A stretch of DNA of 64,000 nucleotides from the human T2T-CHM13v2.0 reference genome, Homo sapiens: assembly GCF_009914755.1 (NCBI RefSeq), contig NC_060927.1. One strand, written 5' to 3'. Below are positions 18,293-29,890 of the stretch, piece by piece. The translations under genes were made by a program, and so were the position numbers. The stretch's first letter is position 1; the number at the start of each line of letters is the position of its first letter. The notes beneath the pieces are model-generated. The model was not told the DNA's origin. It saw nothing but the letters and a program-made list of their open reading frames with translations, and did not search any database.

Positions 18293-19684
18293 TGAGAGGT
18301 GACAGCGTTCTGGCAGCCCTCGCTCACTCTTGGCGCCTCCTCAGCCTCGGTGCCCACTCTGGCCACACTTGAGGAGCCCTTCAGCCCACTGCTGCACTGT
18401 GGGAGCCCCTTTCTGGGCTGGCCGAGGCCGGAGCCGGCTCCCTGTGCTTGCAGGGAGGTGTGGAGGGAGAGGCACGGGCAGGAGCCAGGGCTGCAAGCAG
18501 CGCTTGCAGGCCAGCCCAAGTTCTGGGTGGGCGTCGGCTCGGCAGGCCCGCACTCGGAGCAGCTGGCCGGCCCTGCCGGCCCCGGGCAGTGACGGGCTTA
18601 GCACCCAGGCCAGCAGCTGTGGAGGGTGCACTGGGTCCCCCAGCAGTGCTGGCCCACCAGGGCTGTGCTCGATTTCTCTCTGGGCCTTAGCTGCCTCCCC
18701 GTGGGGCAGGGCTCAGGACCTGCATCCCGCCATGCCTGAGCCTCCCCGCTCTGCCGTGGGCTCCTGCGCAGTGCACCCGAGCACAGCCCCCTACTCCACG
18801 GAGCCCAGTCCCATCAACTGCTCAAGGACTGGGGAGTGCAAGCGCAAGGCGCCAGACTGGCAGGCAGCTCCACCTGCGGCCCTTGCAGGATCCACTGGGT
18901 GAAGCCAGCTGGGCTCCTGAGTCTAGTGGGGACTTGGACAACCTTTATATCTAGCTAAGGGATTGTAAATACACCAATCAGCACTCTGTATCTAGCTCAA
19001 GGTTTGTAAATGCACCAATCGGCACTCTGTGTCTAGCTCAGGGTTTGTAAATACACCAATCAGCACTCTGTATCTAGCTAATCCAGTGGGGACGTGGAGA
19101 ACTTTTGTGTCTAGCTCAGGGATTGTAAACGCACCAATCAGCACCCTGTCAAAATGGACCAATCAGCTCTCTCTAAAACAGACCAATAGGCTCTCTGTAA
19201 AATGGACCAATCAGGAGGATGTGGGTGGGGCCAGATAAGAGAATAAAAGCAGGCTGCCGGAACTGGTAGTGGTAAGCGGTTTGGGTCCTGTTCCACAGTG
19301 TGGAAGCTTTGTTCTTTTGCTCTTTGCAATAAATCTTGCTGCTGTTTACTTCTTGGGTCCATACTGCATTTATGAGCTGTAACACTCACCGCAAAGGTCT
19401 GCAGCTTCACTCCTGAAGCCAGCTAGACTACGAACCCACTGGGAGGAAGGAACAGCTAAAGACGCCCTGCCCTAAGAGCTGTAACACCACAAAGGTTTGC
19501 AGCTTCACTCCTGAGCCAGGGAGACCACGAACCCACCAGAAGGAAGAAACTCCGAACACATCTGAACATCAAAAGGAACGAACACCAGACAATGCCGCCT
19601 TTAAGAACGGTAACACTCACTGCGAGGGTCTGTGGTTTCATTCTTGAAGTCAGTGAGACCAAGAACCCACCAATTCTGGACACA
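18293..19684 (+). mobile_element. LTR12C (ERV9) solo LTR, 1392 bp
   Basis: Starts TGAGAGGTGACAGCG, ends ...CTGGACACA; perfect 4-bp TSD ATAG (18289-18292 / 19685-19688); GC-rich U3 and ~41-bp CCAAT repeats. Confidence 0.96.
18948..19250 (+). promoter_or_regulatory. LTR12 U3 enhancer/promoter: tandem CCAAT (NF-Y) repeats, GATA and AATAAA TATA-like box
   Basis: Seven CCAAT boxes counted in TCTAGCT...CACCAATCAGCAC and GACCAAT repeats, then GTGGGTGGGG, AGATAA, GAATAAAAG. Confidence 0.8.
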
Positions 19685-20971
19685 ATAGGTTACAGAACAC
19701 TGACATAAAAGTGATGAAACAAAACATGGAAACAACAGTGTCTCACTGCAACATCTAGTATATTGAGATTTTTGAAAGAGAATAGTGCCTCAAAACCTTC
19801 TTTACCCGGAACTGAATTTCCTCCTTTTTCAGTCACTGATTCAATGTTCTCTGTTTTTACCAAACTCATGAGGTAATATAGACACCTCGAAACCCAGAAT
19901 CTTTAAGGAGTAATAATAATGAGCTTTAACATTAACTTAGTAACATTAAAACCTCAGTTTTTGTATTTATAAATTATACTGGAGGGTTTCTTCTGGTAAT
20001 AAAATTCCCCGGTAGTGCATCTATTCTCACACACTCTTATTTGAATTCTAAAGGAAGTGATCATATTTTGATATATGGATATGCTGAATTAAAATTATAA
20101 GTTTACAAGTTTAGACAAAACTAAAATTTGGAAATCTAAAATTGGAAAACAAACTGAAGTATGCGTCTGTTAAGTAAGTAGATACACACACAAATACATA
20201 CTTTTCTTTACATATCAAGACCTGAAATTACGTCACAAACATACACCAGTGTTGAAGAAAGCACTTAATTCCTCAGAAGGAAAATGCTAGATTAGATATA
20301 TCCAATACCAAGGATGAATAGACAATCATTCTTTTAAAAAATTAATCAGTTAGATTACTACCTACATCATATGAAATTAATAAAAAATGGTTTGCAGCAG
20401 AATGTCATCTAAGTAGAATTGAAAATTAATGGTGCATTAATAATAAAAATAAGAATAATAGTAGAACATGTTTACTTTATCCTAATACAAACTTTAAAAT
20501 GAAGAGGTTATTATCCTAATTTTAGAGGTAAGAAAACCAAAGCTTAGATAACCATTATTGTTTTTGTTCAAATTGACTGAGCTACAAAGTTCAGGTGCCT
20601 GAAATCAAATCCTTGTCATATTTGGATTTCAGAAGCAACAATGATTTACTTATTTCTTATGGTTGATAATATAATTGAATTTAATTATCCAGCACTTACT
20701 TTTGCTACAGATGGATGAAATCAATCTATTATTAGAAGAGTAGTTTGATTAATAATTTTCAAAATGCCATTTAGAGGCAAGGAGGTGAACTGGGTACTTA
20801 TTTTTTCAACTGGGAAAGCTGGATCAGTTACAGACTTCACATGAACTTTGTGACCTGTACAATAAAACAGAACAGTGCCCGAAACCAAGAAACTAACAAA
20901 AATGGACCACCTTTTAGATTAATTGGGCTTCAGAGTTCTGTTTCTTTAAAGCTGATATCCTGTGATCTTGA

Positions 20972-21055
20972 ATGGGAGATGTGGGAACACTGTCTGATCA
21001 CTTGGCAGAATCCTATATGGGAGATGTGGGAACACTGTCACTTGGCAGAATCCTA
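20972..21055. repeat. Local tandem duplication (44-bp and 39-bp units)
   Basis: atgggagatgtgggaacactgtc(tgatc)acttggcagaatccta occurs twice. Confidence 0.95.
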
Positions 21056-21310
21056 GAACATATTGTTTTACAATTTGGCCACATGGAAACACCTAGATTA
21101 TTTTATGTTCTGAGACATTGTATACATTAACAGTGAAAAGAATAAATTCCTTCTCTTAAGAATGTAATTGCTTCAATAAAACACCTATATTTTCAGCAAG
21201 ATAAGAAAATGTAATAAAATCAGGTGAGTTTAAATCAGACAATAGCTTGAATCACCCAGTTTTTCAAAGTTCAAATACTAGTTCCCTCTCACATTTATAA
21301 AAGAAATAAT

Positions 21311-21612
<302 letters not shown>

Positions 21613-22440
21613 GCAAGAAAGACTAAATACTGGGCACAAAAAAATCACCATCTATGGTAAAATTGGAGTATTATGTCCCTGGATATGAGTTCTTCACTGC
21701 CAGTTTTACCACAGACGGAAGTTCAAATAAATCTTTCACATGTTATCTTGCATTTTAAATTATGCACATCTATATGTAAGAAAAACTCAGTTACAAAATA
21801 CAAGCTTGCTCATTAGTGTTTTGATTGGCCCTCCTCTTCCTTACATTATTTACTATTACTATGTCACTAATAGTTATTAAAAATTCCATATTACATACCT
21901 TTATATTCTTTCTAATTATACTTTGTTAAAAGAAAATACCGTTCATTAAAAGAAAATCTCAAAAGCTCATATACATACAGAATCATGTGCCTGGAAGCCA
22001 GAAAACTTTTCTGTTTATTCATTATTTTATTTTTTTCCCAGACCTTTACCAAGGTGAGCAGGGGCCAGGAAGGGGCCTGAAGGAGGTCATCCAGGAAGCC
22101 TTCCTGCCCCAAATGAGCAGTGATTATATCTGTCAGACAACGATGAATGAGCTGATTAGTAGTTTTAAGAAATTAAAAATCCCATGTTTATGAAATATTT
22201 TTTAAAACATGCCAATGATGGCAATTTAGAAATGTTACAGGAATATTAAACATCCTACATATTCATACTACATGATTATTTAATATCTTTTTAAATACAT
22301 AGTAAATGATAATAATTTTATATATCAAATTATAAATGTGAATGTGGATGCATGTATATATACACACACAGAGGAGTAAATTTACTGTTTACATTTTCAA
22401 AATTCTTTACCAAACAAACATTGGACGTCATTTGCTAAGA

Positions 22441-22633
22441 CAATGGTTCTCAAGTCTGGTCCCCAGATCAGCAGAATCAGTATCACATTAGAAATTGTTA
22501 AAATGCAAATAAATTCTCTGGAAAAGTCTGATATCTACTCAATCAGAAACTCTGTGGATGGGCCCAGCAATCTTCATTTTATCAAGTTCTCCAGGAAATT
22601 TATATACATTCTAAAATATGACAACAATCACTG
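22441..22633. mobile_element. MER5A-like hAT DNA transposon fossil
   Basis: caatggttctcaa...cagcagaatcagtatcac...aaatgcaaat...atcagaaactctg...gggcccagcaatct. Confidence 0.75.
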
Positions 22634-22760
22634 TGCCAAAAGAACCCTAGCTAATAGGTTATGTGTAGTGGATATACCTGCTCCAAAGTTTAACTAGAAA
22701 TGATATTTTAAAATAAGTTTTAAAGGCAAGTGGTTAAAGGATTTCAGAATAACTGAACTC

Positions 22761-23143
22761 TGCGTCTTAATTTGTTTGATGTTGCTATAACAGAATGCCA
22801 CACACTGGGTAATTTATAAACAATAGAAATGATTTATCATAGTTCTGGAGTCAGAGAAGTCCAAGATCAATGCATTGGCAGGTTTGCTGTCTGGTAAGGG
22901 CCTGGTCTCTACTTCCAAGATGGTGCCTTGAACCCTGCATAATCTGGAGGGGAGGAATGCTGAAAGAACAGGAGAGAAAATCTGTTCCCACAATCCTTTG
23001 TATAACAGCATTAATTCATTCATGAGAGCTCCATCCTCATGACCTAAACACTTTCTAGTAGGCCCCACTTTCTAACACTGTTGTACTAGGGGTTAAGTTT
23101 CAATATGAGTTTTCAAGGGAACAAAAACATTCAGACCATAACA
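22761..23143 (-). mobile_element. MST/MLT1A-type MaLR solo LTR
   Basis: ttgctataacagaatgccacacactgggtaatttataaac...ttctggag...aagtccaagatca...acattcagaccataaca. Confidence 0.8.
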
Positions 23144-23745
23144 CTATGCAAGTATGATACTCAGATATCAAACAGACTTTCACTTTAAAGGGGAAAAGTG
23201 AGTAACATAATAATAGGTAATGCCATTGTGCTGCTTGCTATCAACATGCCAGACATGGCTCAATGAAGATTTCATATCAAAACTCATAAAATTCTTAAAA
23301 CAACCCTTTGAACTGTATTGAAACTATTTAGAAGTGTGGCCACAGGTGGACTGGTTGGTTCCCCCTGTTAATAGGCCTATTTTACAGATGGGAACATTAA
23401 GGCATGGAAAAGTTATATGACTTGCCCAAAGCTCAAAACTGCTCAGAGGAAACTGCGGCACAGCTGGGACTAACTCTAATGGGATATTTCCATGGTCTCC
23501 ACTTTTAATCATGAGAAAATGCTGATGTTTATAATAAATCATTTTAAATACTTAAATTTTATTCAATTATTTTCTTCTGAGGAGTATTTTATGGATATGA
23601 CAAAACTACTGGTAGGTGGGTGCAAATGGAGACATTTAGGGCTAATTAGGCCAGACTACATTTGAGAATTTAGCCAGCAAAGTATCCTGCTTGTGTGTTT
23701 TTAATTTGAGAGACATTAGCTGGGCTGCAGTTTTGGTTCTCTACT

Positions 23746-24160
23746 GATATGGTTTGGAAGTATGTCTTCTCTCAATCTTATATTAAAATGTGACCTTCAA
23801 TATTGGAGGCGGGCCCAGTGCAGGGTGTTTGGATCATGAAGGCAGATCCCTCTTGAATGGCTTTGTGCTGTCCTCATGGTAATGAGTGAGTTCTCACTCC
23901 ATTAATTCACATGAAGGCTGGTTGTTTTTTATGCCACCTTCTCCCCTCTCTCTCTTGCTCCCTCTCTTACCATGTGACATACCTACTCCCTCTCTGCCTT
24001 CCACCATGAGTAGAAATTTCCAGAGGCCTCACCAGAGCTGAGCAGATACTGGTGCCATGTTTGTACAGCCTGAAGAACTGTGAGCCAAACAAATCTCTTT
24101 TCTTTACAAATTACCCAGTCTCAGGCATTTCTTTATAGCAATGTAAAACAGACAAACGCA
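23746..24160 (+). mobile_element. MSTB-like MaLR solo LTR
   Basis: tgatatggtttgg...gtgagttctcactc...ttacccagtctcaggcatttctttatagcaatg. Confidence 0.85.
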
Positions 24161-24535
24161 CCTACCTTCCCTCATTGCTGGATGTCTTACACCTGTAGTA
24201 CTATGCATTTATCTTACTTGTCTGGCCCAAGCAGGTGGTTGAGTCATGAGTCTTGGTTATCAGGTTTAGTCCTAGTCAACATGAGTCCTAAAACAAAGCT
24301 CACAAAGACACACAAGTACATGATGGGATATATCTCCTTTATTTTTTTTTACTGACATGGGATTACTTTGTTCTCTTCTGGCCCCTACCTATATGAGGAG
24401 TTTCTCTGTGGGAACTTCACATCATTCTCCTTAGAAGTCAGAATGTAATCTCCTATGAGTTATGGCAAACAAGAAAACAAACAGAAATCTGTAGGAGTTG
24501 CCTGATAATAATTCAAATTCCCAGGGTATATATTT

Positions 24536-24785
24536 TCCATTTGAGTCACAGATCAGAAAATGATTCAATAAATATAGTTGATGCAAATCTCAGACAGGTT
24601 TTTTTTTTTTTCTTTTTTAATGGTCTACTATTCTTTGTTAACTGAGACTCCCTGTTCTCCCACTACCCAACCCATAGGTGGCCTGCAGCACCTGGTAAAC
24701 AGAAAGGATAGATTTAATTGAAAGACTCCTTTTATTGCAAGGCAATTGACAAATGTTACCAGAAAATAAACTCCCACCATTCCCA
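24536..24785 (+). repeat. Copy 1 of a ~250-bp diverged inverted duplication (partner 28153-28409)
   Basis: Manual reverse-complement alignment; shared blocks include ttgatgcaaatctca, tgttaactgagactcc and cctggtaaacagaaaggatag. Confidence 0.9.
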
Positions 24786-25214
24786 AGGGAACGGATTTCA
24801 ATCTGGTGGAACAGGCTAGACTACACGGAACTACACTGATTCTGACGTGAGTCAGCAGAGGGAACAAAAGGACTGAGATACTTAGAAACTCTAGTGAGTA
24901 GGCAAAGTCAAGTGCTTTACATATCTCAAATTCTTTTTTTACTTTCTCTCCCTTCATTTGTGAAACAAATTTCTCCTAAGACCTTTCTCTAGTGGGGCAC
25001 CAGTAAGTCCACAGGTGGCTACAACTGTAAATACTCTTGAATTCAGTGCACATGGATTTTCCTTATTATAACATCAGCAGTGTTTGGTTGGTGACTCATT
25101 TGCAGAGTCTGCGGCAGTGCAGGGGTTTGTGCAGATTCAGCTGTAACTGAAACTTAAGCCCAGCTTGGCCAGACACCCACTACATTCTTACCTCCCTGTA
25201 CTCTTGTGGGCTCA

Positions 25215-25497
25215 AGACTGAGTCTCGCTCTGTCGCCCAAGATGGAGTGCAGTGGCGCCATCTCGGCTCATTGCAAGCTCTGCCTCCCGGGGTTCACGCC
25301 ATTCTCCTGCCTCAGCCTCCCGGGTAGCTGGCACTACAGGCACCCGCCACCACACCTGGCTAATTTTTTTGTATTTTTAGTAGAGACGGGGTTTCACCGT
25401 GGTAGCCAGGATGGTGGCGATCTCCTGACCTCGTGATCCGCACCGCCTCAGCCTCCCAAAGTGCTGGGATTACAGGCGTGAGCCACCGAGCACGGCC
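25215..25497 (-). mobile_element. AluY-like element lacking its poly(A) tail
   Basis: AluY diagnostics (gcaagctc, ttcacgccatt, agccaggatggt); no poly(T) at the left end. Confidence 0.92.
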
Positions 25498-25648
25498 GAA
25501 TGCAAACATTCTTGATTCTCCTTCATTTCCCTCCTTGTTTTTTGTCTTTCTGACTGTATTCTCTTTGATAGTGTATTTAATATTTACTCAGTTGAATTAA
25601 GCTTATTTTAATTTACTTGTAAGTTAAGTTGATAACTTTCCCTAGTTT

Positions 25649-26279
25649 TGTTACTGGAAAGGGGTCCTGATCTAGACCCCAGGAGAAGAGTTCTTGGACC
25701 TCACTCAAGAAAGAATTAGAGGCAAGCCTATAGACTAAAGTGAAAGCAAGTTTATTAAGAAAGTAAAGGAATAAAACAATGGCTACTCCATAGATAGAGC
25801 AGTGGCATGGGCTACTTGACTTAGTATGCTTATAGTTATTTATCAATTATATCTCAACAAGGGGTGGATTATTCATGAGTTTCCTGGGAAAGAGGCGGGT
25901 AATTCCCAGAACTGAGAGTTCCTTCCCTTTTTTTATCACATAGGGTAACTTCCAGACATTTCCATGGCATTTGTAAACTGTCATGGTGCTGGTGGGGTCT
26001 TTTAGTATGCTAATGCATTATAATTAGCATATAATGAGCAGTGAGGAAGGCCAGAGATCACTTTCCTTGACATCTTGGTTTTGGTGGGTTTTGGCTGGCT
26101 TCTTTACCACGACCTGTTTTATGATCAAGGTCTTTGTGACTTGTGTCTTGAGCTACCTCCTGTGTCTTCCTTTGACTAAGAATGCCTAACCTCCTGGGAA
26201 TGCAGCCCTGTAGGTCTCAGACTTACTTTATCCAGCCCCTATTCACAATAGAATTGCTCTGGTTCAAAGGCCTCTGACA
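25649..26279 (-). mobile_element. MER41B-like ERV1 solo LTR (631 bp)
   Basis: Minus strand begins TGTCAGAGGCCTTTGAACCAGAGCAATTC and contains ...aaaacccaccaaaaccaagatg...ctcattatatgctaattataatgcattagcat. TG..CA ends; TSD GTTT/GTCT (3 of 4). Confidence 0.92.
25881..25911. promoter_or_regulatory. Tandem STAT sites in MER41B: TTCCTGGGAA (N4 spacing) and TTCCCAGAA (canonical GAS)
   Basis: Read directly at 25881-25890 and 25903-25911, at the position of the known MER41B tandem GAS motifs. Confidence 0.7.
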
Positions 26280-26859
26280 GTCTCATATCACAGTGACTCT
26301 CCCACCTGCATCAATTCGTCCTATAAAGCATTACTTATTTAGGCACCACTTATATTAGGTAAGTATGTAAAATAAAAAAGTATTCTACAAATTATATAAA
26401 CCAGTCATTTGTTAGGCCCACAAAACTTCAATACTTAACACTTACCCTTACAACTTCAGCTTTGTATCTTTTTTCTTCTATTAAAAAGCTTTAAAATCAA
26501 GTGGTTTTAAAACATGCACAGTGTAGCCTAAAATATTTTACATAAAATTAAAAAAATGTTGAGTAGGAAATGTATTTTAATTACAAAATTAGATACATCT
26601 TTAAAGTCTTATTTTGACTCCCATATTTCTTCTTTACCACAATATAACTTGCTTGTTTACAAACAAAACCAAAATTACTAAATAAATAATATATAGCTGT
26701 TAAAATACTAAAGGCTGATCTATTTTATCAGGATATTAAATTAACTCTGTGTCTTGCTCCTTCCTTTTGCCTGTTTTATGTTCCATCAATAAATTGCAGC
26801 TGTTTAAGGGGACCAGACCAGAATAACATTCAAGAGGAAATAAGCTGTCAGGAATATTT

Positions 26860-27700
26860 GAAGGGAATTGTTTATACAAAAATATTGAGCAACAGAATAG
26901 GAGAGTAAGCTTGGAAACAGATCCATAAATCTATGAAAAGTGGATGGCTGGCAAAAGTAGCAATACAAATCAGTAGAAAAGATGAACTCTTTGCTGTTAT
27001 TGGAGCGATTAGCTGTTTGTATACAATAAAATTAGATATCTACTCATATATTAAAAAGTTCCAAATGGAGTAATGACCTATCTATGAAAAATAAACCTTC
27101 AAAACAAAAGAAAAAAAATACAAACCTTGAAAAAATGATATGATTTAAAATTTCTCTAGACAACAAAAATATTATTTCACAAATAAAGTGAATTAAAAGC
27201 CATATCCTGAGAGAAGATATTTACAATGCCTACAAACTTATAAAAGATTTGGTTGCATAAAAAGAAACTTCTACAAATTAATAAGAAAGTTGACAGCAAA
27301 CAAATACAAAAATTACTAAAGTGTGCAAAAAGATGATTCACATTAGAGGAAACATGAACATCTAATTTTAACAAATGAAAACATACTCAACCTCACAATT
27401 TCATGCAGATGAAAACAAGAATGAGATTCCCAATTAAAAATATTGGGAATTCACCAAAACAAAACATAACCCAACAATACCAGATCTGATGGGGGATGTA
27501 AAGCTGTAGTGATGGTCATACACTGGTGTTTAGACAATAAATTGGTATGATTTATTTGGAGAGCAATATTACAATATTTCATAATGATGTTTAGACCCTT
27601 AGAAGCAGCAATTTTACTCATAAGGATAATCATAAATGCTTTTTTTGACATGAGCACAAGGATACATGTACAGAAATATTCATTGAAGTTGATTATAGAG
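26860..27700 (+). mobile_element. Highly degraded ancient L1M ORF2 3'/3'UTR fragment
   Basis: A-rich L1-like motifs (gagaagatatttacaatg, gaaaacatactcaacctca, tttggagagcaat, tttagaccc..gcaattttact). Confidence 0.6.
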
Positions 27701-27719
27701 GAAAGAGGAAAGTTGGCAT

Positions 27720-27777
27720 ATTATTCAGGGTTCTCCAGAGAAAGAGAACCAATAGGGGTAAAAAAAGTGAATATATA

Positions 27778-27817
<40 letters not shown>
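27720..27817. repeat. MLT2 LTR terminus followed by (TG)n microsatellite
   Basis: tattattcagggttctccagagaaagagaaccaatagg, then TG repeat at 27781-27817. Confidence 0.75.
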
Positions 27818-27820
<3 letters not shown>

Positions 27821-27827
27821 CAAAAAT

Positions 27828-28150
27828 TGTGGGAGGTCATTGTTTTGGAGTGAGCTCACGCACTAGACTCCAACAAACCAGATTAAACCACAATAGAGTC
27901 ACTCATGCCAAATGTTACACAATCATACTGAAACTTTAAGGAAACAGACAGATCCCAAGCAGACCATTTTTTTCCCCTGAAAACAGGAAATTTCAATCTG
28001 ATTGAGTCAGCATAATAAGGAAGTCCCTCTGCTTTAACCCTTACAAAAAAGTAACCTGAAGTAATCTGATGTTAACCAATCATTTTTTTTTAATTGTGCC
28101 ATTTCCTCATTCCCACCTTACAAGGCCCATTGTTCTTTTATTGTCTAGTC
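27828..28150 (+). mobile_element. 3'-truncated ERV1 (MER4-group) LTR fragment
   Basis: tgtgggaggtcattgttttgga...gagtcactcatgc...aaggaagtccctctgctttaaccctta; subfamily uncertain. Confidence 0.6.
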
Positions 28151-28152
28151 AA

Positions 28153-28409
28153 TGAGAATGATGAGACTTTATTTCCTGGTGATATTTGTAAGTTGGCCTA
28201 CAATAAGAGGAGTCACAACAGCCTTCAATTACATTGCTATCCTTTCTGTTTACCAGGAGCCACAGGCCACCTGTGGATTGAGTAGCTGGAGAACAAGGAG
28301 TCTCAGTTAACATAGATTAGTTGATTATTAAAAAAAGAAAAAAAAAACTGCATGAGATTTGCATCAAGTATATTCATTGACTCATTTTCTAATCTGTGAC
28401 TCCACTGGA
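28153..28409 (-). repeat. Copy 2 of the ~250-bp inverted duplication
   Basis: Reverse complement aligns to 24536-24785. Confidence 0.9.
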
Positions 28410-28739
28410 ACTTACTTCATTTTCTGGAGCCAATGTTTCTCTAATGATCATTCCAAACTTTTTGCTAGAATAAATTCTTCAAGACTGAATTCTGATTCTT
28501 TTGATTATTTCAGATTGACAGAGCTAAAGACAATGGAAACAGTTTCAATAGAAAGAAGCTACAGGACTTCTTACAGCCCACAGTACCAGAACATCAAGCT
28601 ATTTAGCTGCAGATGTGTACTACTCTTGAAGATAAGAAAAGCAGTAATCCTGAGGGCAATTCAGAGGTCATCAGGTCTGTCTCCTTGGTTTTCAATGGGG
28701 GAGAGAGCCATTGCCTTGGTTTCAACAGGCTAGACAGTG

Positions 28740-29890
28740 GCAGCCTGGAGCCTGGAGAATGAGAATTCACTCAGCTGAGCCTTGGGGGTGGATGTGACTC
28801 TCACATTGCAGAGCTTTGAGGGCACAACCCCCACCCAAAAAAGCCTTGCAGGACATGGGTCTCAAAGACAGAGCATCAAACTAAAAAGAATTATTCTTGA
28901 GCCTCAAGATCTAATGGCATTTGTTTGCTAGGTTTTGAACTTGATTTGGACATGTTACTCCTCTCTTCCTCCCAACTTCTCCATTTTGTAATGGGAAAGT
29001 CTATTCTATGCCTGTCCCACTATTGAAATTTGGAAGTACGTAACTTATCTGGTTTCACAGGCTCACAGCTGGAAAGAAATTTTGCCTCAGGATGAATTGT
29101 ACCTTGAGTCTCATTCATATCTGATTTAGATGTTTCTTAAATGAGACTTAGAAGTCCAGAGTTGATGAGAGAATGAGTTATGGATTTTGCTACTATTGGG
29201 ATAGAATTAATACATTTTACATGCAAGAAAGACATGAATGATGGGGGGCCAGGGGTGGAATGTTATGAACTAAATGTTTGTGTACCTCTCCTGCCAAATT
29301 CATATGTTGAAACTCTCACCCCTAATGTGGTGGTATTTGGAGTCAAGGCCTCTGGAAGTCAATTAGGTTTATAAAGGTGGGGGTCTCATAATGGGATGAG
29401 TGTCCTTATAAGAGGAGGAAGAGAGACCAGGGCTTGGACTCTCTGCCATGTGAGAACACAATAAGAAGGTGGCTCTCTCCAAGACAGAAGGAGGTCCCTC
29501 ACCAGAAACCAGATCTGCTGGTACTTTGATTTTGAACTTCCCAGGCTCCAGAACTATGAGAATTAAACGTCTCCTGTTTAAGACAGCTTATGATATTTTG
29601 TTGTAACAGCCTGTGCCAACTAAGACAAGACTGAAGAGATATGGATGTTAATGACTGATAAGTATACAAAAGGAAGTGAGGAGCATGGTATGTATTTTCT
29701 CTAAGAAAATGTTGATCATCTTAGAGAAGATTTACATCAACATGAAGAGACCGATGGTAGAAATACAGAATTAAATGCACTTCAGGTGAAGGTTCAGATG
29801 AGTGGAAAAAAACTTGTTATTGGAAACTGGAGGAATGGAGATCTTTTTCATATCATGGCAGGCAGCTCAGCTGAATTGTATCATGCAGTA
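28740..29890 (+). mobile_element. MLT1 MaLR: internal 3' end + PPT, LTR (29261-29628), then internal 5'-like sequence
   Basis: Polypurine tract ggggggccaggggtggaa precedes TGTTATGAACTAAATG...TAAGACA; flanks resemble MLT-int. Confidence 0.7.

Noticed and set aside
18277-18902. CpG-island-like GC-rich block with several overlapping ORFs up to 190 aa
   Set aside because: U3 region of LTR12C; stop-poor because of GC content.
18948-19215. Regularly spaced ~41-bp repeats superficially like a CRISPR array
   Set aside because: These are the known LTR12 CCAAT enhancer repeats; no unique spacers, no cas genes, eukaryotic context.
28359-28733. 124-aa + strand ORF
   Set aside because: TTG start, no recognisable homology; within the range expected by chance in 64 kb.
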